Shown in pieces: positions 13,760 to 25,180 of a DNA stretch of 64,000 bases. The notes beneath the pieces are model-generated. The model made no database searches and was not told the origin of the DNA. It was given only the letters and a program-made list of their open reading frames with translations. Each line of letters starts with the position of its first letter. Within the stretch, counting starts at the first letter, position 1. Source of the stretch: Octopus vulgaris (lineage: Eukaryota); contig OX597827.1 in NCBI GenBank assembly GCA_951406725.2, positions 78,616,001 to 78,680,000 of the forward strand, given 5' to 3'. Made by a program: the position numbers and the translations under genes.

Positions 13760-15742
13760 ATGTATTCCGTACAGTCTGTATACACCCCAATGGGGAAACA
13801 GTTTTTTGGAACCTTTGATTTCAATGGTGGTAAAAATTACCCTCCAACTTCGGAGCCCGAGACAGAGACCCCACCTACCAGTACGCCATCATCCAATACA
13901 GGGATTACATCATCAACCAATACAGGAATTACCAACAGTATAAGTTTTATGAACAATTCCTACCAGCATCATCATCACAGACAGATGACCATTCAGCATA
14001 GTTTGGCCCATAAGAAACCATATCGATGTGATATTTGTCGGAAGGGGTTTTCAAGAATGGCTAATTTAACGAACCACGAACGTGCGTCTGCTGCAGGTTT
14101 GAGTCAGACCCACTTCAGTTGTGAATATTGTACAAAGGCATTCAGCCAGCGAGATTATCTGCGGATACACGAACGCGTTCACACTGGAGAGAAACCCTTC
14201 AAGTGTTCAATGTGTGAAAGGTCTTTCAGCCATCAGACCATTCTACAAAACCATGAACGAGTTCATACTGGTGCGAAACCCTACAACTGTGCAATCTGCA
14301 GCAAGACGTTTGCTCACCAGACCACGCTGGTCAACCACCAGCGCATTCACACTGGTGAGAAACCGTATCGGTGTTCGATCTGCAATAAAAATTTTGCTCA
14401 TCAGACTACGCTTATAAACCATGCGAGAACACACACCGGGGAGAAACCATTCAAGTGTTCGATCTGTATGAAAGCGTTCGCTCACCAGACCACGCTGATC
14501 AACCATCAACGTATTCACACCGGGGAGAAAACCTATCATTGCCCGACGTGTCTGAAGACGTTCGCTCATCAAACCACCCTTATTAACCATCAGCGGGTAC
14601 ACACTGGCGAAAAACCTTATAAGTGTTCAGTTTGTGACAAAATTTTTTCCCATCAGACAACACTGACAATTCATGAACGAATCCACACGGGCGAACGTTT
14701 GTACAAATGCAGCCAGTGCGAGAAAAGCTTCACCCATCAAACCACCTTGAAAAACCATGAGCAATGCCATTCACCTGAAAAGGCTTACAAATGTTCGATC
14801 TGCATGAAATCATTTGCCCATCAAACATCTCTGTTGAATCACGAACGTGTTCACACAGGGGAGAAACCTTATCATTGTACAACCTGCTTGAAGACATTTG
14901 CACATCAAACCACACTGAAGAACCACGAACGGACCCACACGGGCGAGAAGCCCTTCACGTGCTCAATATGTCAGAAATCTTTCACACACCAAACTACATT
15001 GCTGAATCATGAGAAGACTCACGTTGGAGAAGTCGTGGTTCCACCAGTCTCAATGTCAGAGAACACTCCCGGAATGGTGTCCCGCACTTCAGGGTCATCA
15101 TCGAACATATTCCACTGCACCATTTGTAGGAAGTCTTTCTCTCACCAAGCAGATTTGAAGAGCCATGAACGAAGTCATGTCTCTTCTGTTGGCAACAGTA
15201 ATAATAATGAAAAGCTCTACAGCTATGATGGTACTTCCTCCAGCAGCATTCAGCCACCGTCTGGGTCTTCTGTTTCACCTGGCGCTGGGGCAGGTGGCGG
15301 CGGCGGCGGTGGTGGTGGCAGCGGCAGCAACACACCAGGGGACAAGACCTACTCTGCCACGTCCTTGACTCAGCATGACTCCGATACTCCACCTTCCAAG
15401 TCTAACTCTCATTCATCTCATAATCGAGGCAGCAGCAGCAACACCAACTCCACGAATCAATCTGCCTCTTCTAATAATGCGGACAAGCACCACAGGGACC
15501 CCAACAGCCATCCATCATCATCCCTTTCTCCGCGATCCAGCGGGTCCCATCAGCAGACTCAGTCCCACTTAACCTCCAACACACCAATGCAGATGTCATC
15601 CTCTTACATCCATCAAATGTCATCCCACTGGGACAACAGTTACAGTTGGCCCAGGGGTTTCCCAGTGTCTTCAGGATGGAGCCCTACGTGGCCTAAACCC
15701 CCTAACCCTATCCCGTCTGTACGACAAAAAGAGTTGACCTAG
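13760..15742 (+). CDS. C2H2 zinc-finger protein ZNF-A (660 aa): 12 canonical fingers plus 1 degenerate N-terminal finger; S/T/N/H/G-rich low-complexity ends with a poly-Gly tract
   Basis: Long ORF with repeated Cx2Cx3Fx5Lx2Hx3H motifs and TGEKP linkers. Start context ATAAACATG. Candidate upstream acceptors TTCCTTTCTTCCAG|G (exon from 13185) and TTTATTTTAG|T (from 13571). About 2.2 kb downstream has no recognisable TEs, consistent with a 3'UTR. Confidence 0.95.
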   Translation: MYSVQSVYTPMGKQFFGTFDFNGGKNYPPTSEPETETPPTSTPSSNTGITSSTNTGITNSISFMNNSYQHHHHRQMTIQHSLAHKKPYRCDICRKGFSRMANLTNHERASAAGLSQTHFSCEYCTKAFSQRDYLRIHERVHTGEKPFKCSMCERSFSHQTILQNHERVHTGAKPYNCAICSKTFAHQTTLVNHQRIHTGEKPYRCSICNKNFAHQTTLINHARTHTGEKPFKCSICMKAFAHQTTLINHQRIHTGEKTYHCPTCLKTFAHQTTLINHQRVHTGEKPYKCSVCDKIFSHQTTLTIHERIHTGERLYKCSQCEKSFTHQTTLKNHEQCHSPEKAYKCSICMKSFAHQTSLLNHERVHTGEKPYHCTTCLKTFAHQTTLKNHERTHTGEKPFTCSICQKSFTHQTTLLNHEKTHVGEVVVPPVSMSENTPGMVSRTSGSSSNIFHCTICRKSFSHQADLKSHERSHVSSVGNSNNNEKLYSYDGTSSSSIQPPSGSSVSPGAGAGGGGGGGGGSGSNTPGDKTYSATSLTQHDSDTPPSKSNSHSSHNRGSSSNTNSTNQSASSNNADKHHRDPNSHPSSSLSPRSSGSHQQTQSHLTSNTPMQMSSSYIHQMSSHWDNSYSWPRGFPVSSGWSPTWPKPPNPIPSVRQKELT

Positions 15743-18439
15743 ATATTCGGCTTTACTTTCAACCCACAAAAATCACATGAGAACGGACATTCATTCACAC
15801 CTGTAGTTTATGAAATTACCTTTCCACCTCAGCCTACGACGGATCTACTCAAACAGTTGTCTTCTAAGACTCTTACCTTTTCTTTTCAATCGCAACTCTA
15901 TCTCACGTCAGCTGCAGCTTTGATGACAGATTCACCTGATTTTTCAAACAGTCATTTCACTACAATTTCTAGGTTGTATCACAAGGCCTTCTTCATCTCT
16001 CTTCTCTCTCACTCACACAAATGTTCCCACAGTCAACCATTTCCCCTCCTTTCTCACTAAATATTTTCAAGTGTCTATATTTGGTGGAAGGTTACCTTAT
16101 TTCAACCAAACTGATCAATACATTTTCAATAATTCAATACAACCTCAATCGATCAACTTGACAACTGTGTAACACTCTCAACGGGGTTGTGCTGTCTGCT
16201 GCAAGTTGCCCGGCCGGTTGGTCGTAGCAGCTACGTAACATCATTGAAATTTGGTTAAAAATTCTAGTTACAGAAGTAAGCATCACCTAGAAACGTGAAT
16301 TAGTGCAGCCAATTATTAAATATATTTTTCAATCCTAGTTGTAATGTGATGATGGCTATCTTACAGTTTTATTTCAAGATGCCGGTGAAAGTGTGAATTG
16401 ATCAACAGCCAGTGGACGTTTTTGCTGTTTTGTAAAGCAGTTTATATTTTACACTTTGTGTATGGATAATGTTACCGAATTTGATGTGGTGAATGAAATT
16501 ACCCAGTTGTATCAGGAGTTGATTTCGTTGAGAAGAAATGAAAGAAAAAAAAACTCTTGTAAAATATGCAAACACGGAGGCGATAAAGTGGAGGAAATTT
16601 GAACCTTTTAATTTAAAACAACAAAAAGTATTGGCTGTCAGCCCTGTAATATGCAAACAAATAATCATTTTTGATTGAAATCATTGAGCTGTATCAACAC
16701 AAGCTGAAATCTAGAAGTTTGGGGACTGGATTTTTTGTGAGTCAACCTAAAATGTTGTGCAGCAGATTCTCTTGTCTTAATGTCAGTCTTACAATTCAAA
16801 CAGTCAACCATCGCATTATAACTGCCACCAGACCTTTTGGACAGCAGTTGCAGTATATTTATGTATTCTATCAAAATGTAACTCCTCTCTCTCTCATACA
16901 TACATTCATACAATGTATATACATACATACATCTATATATATATATATATATATAATATGTTATATAGGAAACAGCTCCTTATTGTCGCATGACAAACTG
17001 AAACAAGAGGAGTCTGACTCGTTTTTGTCTATTATTTGGGATTTTTTTTTCACTTTTACGGTGTCTCATTGCTTCCTTAAAGAATTTATACATTTTAAAA
17101 ATGAAATTGCATCCAATTGGCACTATTAGGGTCAGTTCCACTGTATCCGGCCTGTCTGATGGGGATTTCCCCATGGCAGAGATGCAGCAAGCTGGAACAG
17201 ATGAAAGCATCGCATCAAAGTGAGTGACTTTATTCTCCATCAATTTTTACCATTCCCCCGCCCCCCACTCTCCTCTCCCATAGAATTACCATCTAGGAAC
17301 CACCACTAATAACCGTTTTGTCTGTTGCTGATATCAGCTTGTACTCGGAAGCCTTTAGATGGAAAGTGTAATTTGGTTTTTGTGTTTTGACGAGAAGATT
17401 CTTCCTGGAGCCTAGTCCTTTCCCGATGCCCCTTGTTGAAAAGGGAAGCAGAAACAGTTTCTCCGATTTCCTCAAATGACAAAAAATACAAAACTGAAAG
17501 TGTCACCGTCATGTCTGTACCACCATGCTATTTCATTACCTTTATTCCATCCTGTCATTAATTACTTTGGTCAGGTGTTACAGCATCCTCATCCACCTCA
17601 CACTTTTATTGTTTCAATTCTGTTTTTTTTTAAATATAAATCTGTGTTGGTGGAGAGAAACACAAATGGCTAACGTTTTGTATCACACTCAATCAAGACA
17701 GACATACAAGCAACTTTTACATGCAAATAATAGAAAGAACAGAGCTTTCCATCTGTGTTTACTCCATAACTTTTTTATCTGTAACTCACATTCATACATA
17801 TACATACGTCTGTGTGTGTGTGTATATACAATACATACATGCATGCGTGCACACATTCAAACATTCAAACCATAAGCACCAATGCTTATATAATACTTAT
17901 AAAAATAATTACCATGTTCATTTATAACTCACAGGTATAAAACACAAACAAACTTGATCAGATGCATTATCATTACTTACATGCCTACCTTATATATATA
18001 TATATAAGATCATCATTTCATGTCCACTTTCCATGCTGGCATGGGTTGGACAGTTGAACAAGATCTAACGTATCCAAGGACCACTTGTTGCTCCTGTGTT
18101 TGCTTTGGCAAGGCTTCTAGGGGTCAGAGACCCCCTTCCTAGAATGAACCATTTTATAGTGTCCTGAATACATTTTTCATGACACCAGGTGGGGGTTGCC
18201 TTGTAGGTTATAGACATGAGAGAGCATTGAGAGAATGTAGGTGGGTGGGGAATACCAAAGGAAGCAACACTGTTGGAGAAGGGGAAGAGAAATTTTAGGA
18301 AGAGAGTCAGGGGAGGGGGGGTTAACGTGCTGATAGTAAGGGATTCAGTTAATGGGCCCAGCAATGGGGTGGGTTGATCTGTTTGCTATGCTTGAATGGG
18401 TTAGGCAGTTCTTCAGGGTCGAAATAAGTTCTTATTAGA

Positions 18440-18470
<31 letters not shown>

Positions 18471-19692
18471 CATCGGGCGCTATAAATAGCACTGAAATTG
18501 TGTAGAGAACAACTTCCGCCACATTCCAGGGAGAAAAACTAGAAGTAGTTGATAGCTTCTGTTACCTAGGTGACCAAGTCAGTAGTGGGGGGAGGGTGCT
18601 CTGAAAGTGTAGCTGCTAGAATAAGAATAGCCTGGGCAAAGTTCAGAGAGCTCTTACCTCTGCTGGTGACAAAGGGCCTCTCGCTCAGAGTAAAAGGTAG
18701 ACTGTACGACGCATGTGTACGAACAGCCATGCTACATGGCAGTGAAACATGGGCCGTGACTGCTGAGGATATGCATAAGCTCGCAAGAAATGAAGCCAGC
18801 ATGCTCCGATGGATGTGTAATGTCAGTGTTCATCCTCAACAGAGTGTAAGTACCTTGAGAGAAAAGTTGGACCTAAGAAGCATCAGATGTGGTGTGCAAG
18901 AGAGACGTTTGCACTGGTATGGTTATGTGGCGAGAATGGATGAAGATAGTTGTGTGAAAAAGTGCCACACCCTAGCAGTTGAGGGAACCTGTGGAAGGGA
19001 GGAAGACCTGGGATGAGGTGGTGAAGCATGACCTTCGAATGTTGTGCCTCACAGAGGCAATGACTAGTGACAGGGGACCTCTGGAAATATACTGTGCTGC
19101 AGAAGACTCGGCAAGCGCAAGTGTGACCATAACCTTGTGGCCTATGCTAGGGGTGTAACCAGTCCACTTGTGCGTGCCTTTTCTTCATTGGACACTAAAC
19201 TCTGCTTGCGAAGACCAGTTGAGGCAAGTGAAATCGAAGTCGAAATCAAGTTCGGTGACTGGCATCTGTTGCTAGTGGAGCACTAAGAGTGCCATACGAG
19301 TGAGATCGTTGCCAGAACAACAAGCTGGCCTTCGTGCCGATGGCACGTTAAGCACACCACTCAAGTGTGATTGTTACGGCATCGCTTTACTAGCACTTGT
19401 GCTAGTGGCATGTGAAACATTCGAGCAAGGTCGTCGCCAGTGCTGCTGGACTGGCTCCTGTGCAGGTGGCACATAAAAAGCACCATTTGGGCGTGGCCGT
19501 TGCCAGTACCACCTGACTGGCCCTCGGTCCGGTGGCACATAAAAAGCACCCACTACACTCTTGGAATGGTTGGCGTTAGGAAGGGCATCCAGCTGTAGAA
19601 ACTCTGCCATATCAGATTGGAGTCTGGTTTGCCAGACCTCAGTCAAATCGTCCAACCCATGCCAGCATGGAAAACAGATGTTAAATGATGAT
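18471..19692 (+). mobile_element. 5'-truncated RTE-clade LINE (3' end of RT ORF plus 3'UTR and (GAT)n tail)
   Basis: LEVVDSFCYLG...ARIRIAWAKFRELLPLL...LYDACVRTAMLHGSETW...RRLHWYGYVARM, with frameshifts. Ends in the common AAAAGCACCCACTACACTC...ATGATGAT tail. Confidence 0.9.
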
Positions 19693-21241
19693 TTTATATA
19701 TAAATATATATATGTATGTTTGTTTGTTCCTTCTCAAGCCATGCCTGGCTCATAAGGGCCGGCTTCCTAGTTTCCTTGGCATATAGGTTCCCCACCTGGA
19801 TGGGATGCCAGTCTGTCACAGGTGAGCTGCAAGAGTGAGAGAAGGAGTCAGCAGAAGTTCACCATTACCTTCTGCCAGAGCCGTGTGGATTTTAGGTGTT
19901 TCGCTCATAAACACACACATCGCTCGGTCTGAGACTCAAACCCGCAAGTCCGCTGCTCTAACCACTAGGCCATGTGCCTCCACATATATATATAAATTGC
20001 CTTTAATGGTGGCACTTAAGTAAATAAAGCTACAATTAACAGCACATAAACATTGGGTTTAGAAAACTCTGGAGAGAAACATTTGGAGGCTGCCCTTTCA
20101 CTTTTTCTGTCGAAAAGTTGTTTTTTTTTACCTAATATTTATGTTATTTGTAGCTTTACACACAATCTAATCAGACATGCAAGTAATGTATCATCTCTTG
20201 GAACAAAGTGGGATCCTTTTGGTGGTTGTCTGGCCCGTTAGAAATAGCAACCAAATTACATCCAGTCAATAGAAATGAAAGAAAAGGAACGCTTGACAGT
20301 GTTGTTCGGAATAGCTTCTTATTGACAAATAATGGATTAGGTCTACCATGTGATATATGTATATATATATATTTAGTCAGGTTGGCCCTTGCTGGAGCAC
20401 TTCTGCTGAGAGAGTTGACTTAAGGCTAAACAACTGCATTGCCTAACAAGCTGGCTTTGCTAATTTTCCTAACGATATTGTTGTTGTCATGGCAACAGCT
20501 GTTGGATGGTATATATTGTATCAATGGCTTCCCTCAGCTCAATGTCCTGGACTTCATTCGGTCAAGACACACAACGGTGCCTGTGTGGACAGGCGAAAGT
20601 CTTCTCGGTTGATTTGGTAGTCAGAAACTAGAAAGAAACCCACACGTGTGTGTGTGTGTGTGTTTACATATGTTGCTCACTTAGTTGGAAATTGTTCAAG
20701 CTTTGGTGTTCTCCTTGCAGTAAAGCATCTTCTTGCTTCCTGCCTTTGAAGGTGTGCAGAACATGAAATCCTTAAAAAAAAGGTGGGGGCCATTATCTGG
20801 CTGTAAAACAATACCTTAATTATTTACACATGAAAGCACACAATAACGAACAAATATAGTTTGTGGTGTTTTGGGCCATGTCCCTTCATGTCAAAACCCT
20901 TTTTCAATGGTAATTATTCGAGTGAAATAAGTACCAGGGTCAGTATTATAGGTTAAAACCTATGAAAGCATTACCCTAATATGGTTACACTCCAACGACA
21001 GGAACCAGGACAGGGGGTGGGGTGCATTTATATACTTTTGGGAAATGTGTTTTAGAGTGACCACGTCCCTGTTGTTCTGTGATCTATCATTTCTTTCTCT
21101 GCTGCTGCTGTGTAGTGGTGTTCAGCCATAACGGGCAAGAGTGAAAACTGCAATACATGCAACTAGGGTTCCAAAGATGACAGAAGTGAGAACCTAACTA
21201 GCATTTTCATTATATTTTCTCTCTCTCCAAGAATAACCTCA

Positions 21242-21390
21242 GGTGTGCTTATTTTACTTTTGCAAGAAAAATGTTGACAGTGACTTCAAAGTTCCCTCTT
21301 AGTTGTCTTCATCAGACTGATGGAGGCAATTAACCTGAAAGTTTGAATCCACTGCCTACCTTTTTCTAAAAGAAATAAAATAATGTCACC
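21242..21390. repeat. 149-bp degenerate palindrome centred on 21316
   Basis: Arms 21242-21315 and 21317-21390 are reverse complements with scattered mismatches; centre TTGTCTTCATCAG-A-CTGATGGAGGCAA. Confidence 0.8.
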
Positions 21391-23134
21391 CTACTGAAAT
21401 GGCTCGAGTAATCGTTTAAACAGTGTTCCACTGGTTTCATAATTAACCAAACATAGAACCAACCACTTATCAATAAGTAGTGTGTGTGTGTGTGTATCAT
21501 CACACATAATTATACTTTAGGATTTTGCATAGGCAGACTAATATTGATAAGCAGCTACATAATTCTTGTTCCATTGCCATTCAATTATGTATATTTATAT
21601 CTACATACATAAATAACAAACAAGAAAGTGAGCACTCCACACTACATTGGTGGCTGAAGAATTTCTTTGAATAGTCAAGTGGTGTTGTGTGGTAGCAATT
21701 GCATGAAACGATTGGTAGCATACTATCAGCACTCAACTATTAAACAATGTGTGTGTGTGTGTGTGTGTGTGCACATTTGAGATCCGTTGAGCTATAATCG
21801 TCTTTTGTCCTGGATTCCAGGTGACTGAATTGACAATATTTATCTAGTACATACCTTATTGACCCTGGACAACTGAAAAACAGTGAGTAACAGTTGCAAG
21901 AGTAACTTGCTAATATGGAGTACCATGGTAGTTAAACTAGTTTCCAGCTCAACACCTGAACACGTTAAGGTACTTCAATAGCAGAATGTTCTTCAAATTG
22001 GAACAAGCAAGACAATGACAGGTGCAAAATAAAATATCTGTGGGCAGTGGAGGGCTCCAGCGGATTTCTCTATCAAACATGAACTTACTGAATCAGATTG
22101 CTGTCAGATATGTTTTTAAAAGGGTTATGAAAACCCTATTCGTATTGAAAGGATTTTCAAAATTTAGTAACAAAAAGTGCTTTAATGGAAATCCTCCGAG
22201 ATTTGGTCGAACCACCCTGTTTCCAACTCCACCATCTTCTCATTTATTCTAATTAGTCTTGTAAAAAAAAGTGTCTAAATTAGTTGCTTGTGCCAAGGAT
22301 GTTTGCTGTTTATGTAATCCACAAATAAAGCCAAAATTTCAATCTGAATATTGTAAGATGGAGCAATTTCCTGACTCTGTAACATCCCCCATTTATTAAT
22401 GGGGTATCTAGCAATAAAAGCTAACCATTCTTTTGTCTTTAAGATGTCTTCATGTTTTATTTAACACCTTTTCAATCACCTGACTAATAATTCCTGCTCT
22501 ATGATACAAATCCTTTACTTTGAAACTCGTTATAATTTCATGAAAAAAACTCCAAACACCAAATTAATGAGGACAAACTTGGATCACTCCAAGACTACAA
22601 TACGACTGTCTCTTACCCCCCGCGATGAATTTCTTCATCCCCAAACCTCAGATAAGTTCCTTCCCCCTCAATAACTTCCATTTATCTTTTACTCTCACAT
22701 ATCTTCTTATATTGTTGCCAGTTCAGATTCTCACCTGTTCATTGCAATTTTAGGTTTTATTTCAATCACAGGTAGCAAGCTCATAGAATCATTAACATGT
22801 TGAGCGAAATGCTTAGCAGTATTTTCTCTGTTGTTATGTTTTGAGTTCAAATTCCACTGACATTGACTTTGCTATAACTACAAAACTACTGGGATACTGA
22901 GCATCAGAACTGCACCCTTCTGCCAGGCCAGTGTGGCAGTGTCAGATGACCTCAAGCCATTCTCTGGTGGAGAGAACTTGCTGAAGTCTTTGTCCTGCAG
23001 TAGGCTGCCCATGGGTGATCTAATCCAAGCCAACAGGGGTTTAAAACCAACAGTTTCAAGGAGAGAAGTTAGTAAATGACATCAGCCCCCATAATGTGAC
23101 TGGTACTTCATTTGATCAACCAGGAAGGTAATGG

Positions 23135-23700
23135 CCAGCTACAGTTGTATCCACCATATCTCTTGAGGTTTAGCCTACCCACAGGTGTACTAAGTACCTT
23201 TACTGAGTTATAGGTTATTAACAGGTGTCCCACCTACCCAAAGGTGCCCTGGTTATTTCTGCTGCTGTGATGGCTATTTACAGGTGTCCCAGCATCCCCC
23301 ACTGAAGTGATTGCTTCCCACAGGTATTACAACCATCTCTGCTGGGTTGTGGAATATTCATAGTTGACCCCGAAGCCTTTTCTTAGATGTAGGCTGTTGA
23401 CAGTTGTCCTCGCCAGGGTATAGGTTACCAAGAGGTGTCCCAGTTAACCCTTCAGAAGCATAGGCTACCAACAAATACCCCACTTAACCTCTGATGAGGC
23501 TAAGCTACTCAGCAGAGACCCAGCTAAGTGGAGACAACTGACTCAGCTGAGTTGTAGGCAACCAACCCCCTTTCCCTGTTGCTTCTGATGAGGTGAAGCC
23601 TAACTGAAGTGCAGATTATGGACCGGTTTCCATCGCACCTCTACTAAAATGTAGGCCATTCACAGGTGTCCTGGCTACCCATGCTGAGGTGGTGGCTACC
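23135..23700. repeat. Highly diverged 40-bp tandem array (~13 units)
   Basis: ACAGGTGT-like core at 23181, 23221, 23280, 23320, 23360, 23400, 23431, 23471 and 23662. Consensus approximately CTGAGGTGTAGGCTACCCACAGGTGTCCCAGCTACCCCT. Confidence 0.8.
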
Positions 23701-24241
23701 AAATAGACTAGTAAATCTATTCCATTCCAGTCGTGATCATCCAATCTTTATGTTACACTTTTGATTAGTCATCAAAGTCAGATAAAATTAGCCTCCAAAG
23801 TGTTTCAGCCCTCCATTTCCACAGCCTCTGCGACCAATATTTTGATGAAAAATACACCTGTATGTTACAAAATGCAAGGTAGCTGTACATCGCTGCACAT
23901 TCAACCAAGAAGGAAAAGGTAATCACACACCGTAACTGGGAAAAGAAAGCTACTTTGAGTAGGAGTTGCTTCCCTTCGAGGTTTTAACATCGGCTAAAAT
24001 CACGTGATCACAGCCATATTGTTTAGCTCCAGAGCTGCCCTGGATAAAGTGGATCTGTTTATCAATGGTTTTCTGACTGCTATGACAAATTACACACACT
24101 GCTGTTATAACTGTGGTGTTGTGGTAGACTATAAAATGTCTAATCGTATTCAGCTGGGAAGAGAAACTTGGGTCCCCTTCCCTGATTTAATCTACCTAAA
24201 AGTCATGACCACAGCCAGAATAATTCTGTCTCTCCACTCAT

Positions 24242-24251
<10 letters not shown>

Positions 24252-24326
<75 letters not shown>
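24252..24326. repeat. (TA)n microsatellite (other TA/TG tracts at 16930, 33560-33640, 37920-38040, 45420-45500, 63830-64000)
   Basis: Direct reading. Confidence 0.95.
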
Positions 24327-24328
<2 letters not shown>

Positions 24329-24724
24329 CGCAGGAGTGGCTGTGTGGTAAGTAGCTTGTTTACCAACCACATGGTTCCGGGTTCAGTCTCACTGCGTGGC
24401 ACCTTGGGCAAGTGTCTTCTACTATAGCCTCGGGCCAACCAAAGCCTTGTGAGTAGATTTGGTAGACGAAAACTGAAAGAAGCCCATCGTATATATGTAT
24501 ATATATATGTGTGTGTGTCTGTGTTTGTCCCCCTAGCATTGCTTGATAACCGATGCTGGTGTGTTTATGTCCCCGTTACTTAGTGGTTCGGCAAAAGAGA
24601 CCGATAGAATGAGTACTGGGCTTACAAAAGAATAAGTGCCGGGGTCGAGTTGCTCGATTAAAAGGCAGTGCTCCAGCATGGCCTCAGACAAATGACTGAA
24701 ACAAGTAAAAGAGTAAAAAGAGAG
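24327..24724 (+). mobile_element. SINE family A (full length)
   Basis: Near-identical to 8964-9370. Confidence 0.9.
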
Positions 24725-24756
24725 TATATATATATATATATTATGTATGTGTGTCG

Positions 24757-25053
24757 AAGCGCAATGGCCCAGTGGTTAGGGCAGCAGACTTGCAGTTGTA
24801 GGATCATGGTTTCGATTCCCAGACCAGGCATTGTGAGTGTTTATTGAGCGAAAACACCTAAATCTTCACGCGGCTCCGGCAGGGGGTGGTGGTGATCCCT
24901 GCTGTTCTCTTTTGCCACAATTTTCTCTCACTCTTTCTTCTATTGGCCTGCTCACTTAGCCAATGGGGTGGCGTCATTTGAAGGCTAAAACAATGCGAAG
25001 TGCATTGTGACCAGCGATGTGTAGCAACATCAGACAGCCTGGTCGGTCATGTG
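24757..25053 (+). mobile_element. tRNA-derived SINE (family D-related)
   Basis: TGGCCCAGTGGTTAGGGCAGC...GGTTTCGATTCCCAGACC head between (TA)n tracts. Confidence 0.75.
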
Positions 25054-25180
25054 ATATATATATATAATTGTCATCAGCAGCAACATTTCTCATCTGGGTT
25101 GGATGGTTTGACAGGAGATGCTAAACTCTCCCGTCAGCTTTGACATCTAGAAATTCTGTACAGTGTACTCAGTACAAACA

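Noticed and set aside
14121-15572. Alternative-frame and antisense ORFs within ZNF-A
   Set aside because: Typical shadows of C2H2 and low-complexity codon patterns; no independent support.
18570-19016. Host protein-coding gene
   Set aside because: Frameshifted C-terminal fragment of an RTE reverse-transcriptase ORF.
23489-23610. Hammerhead ribozymes at two CTGATGAGG motifs
   Set aside because: No GAAA after a stem II; the motifs are variants of the 40-bp repeat unit.
23135-23700. CRISPR array
   Set aside because: Units are diverged along their whole length, with no identical repeats separated by unique spacers; no cas genes; eukaryotic context.
24004-24438. YIYIYI-type ORFs (also 16671, 33479, 37788, 45291, 63757)
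   Set aside because: Produced by (TA)n/(TG)n microsatellites and SINEs.
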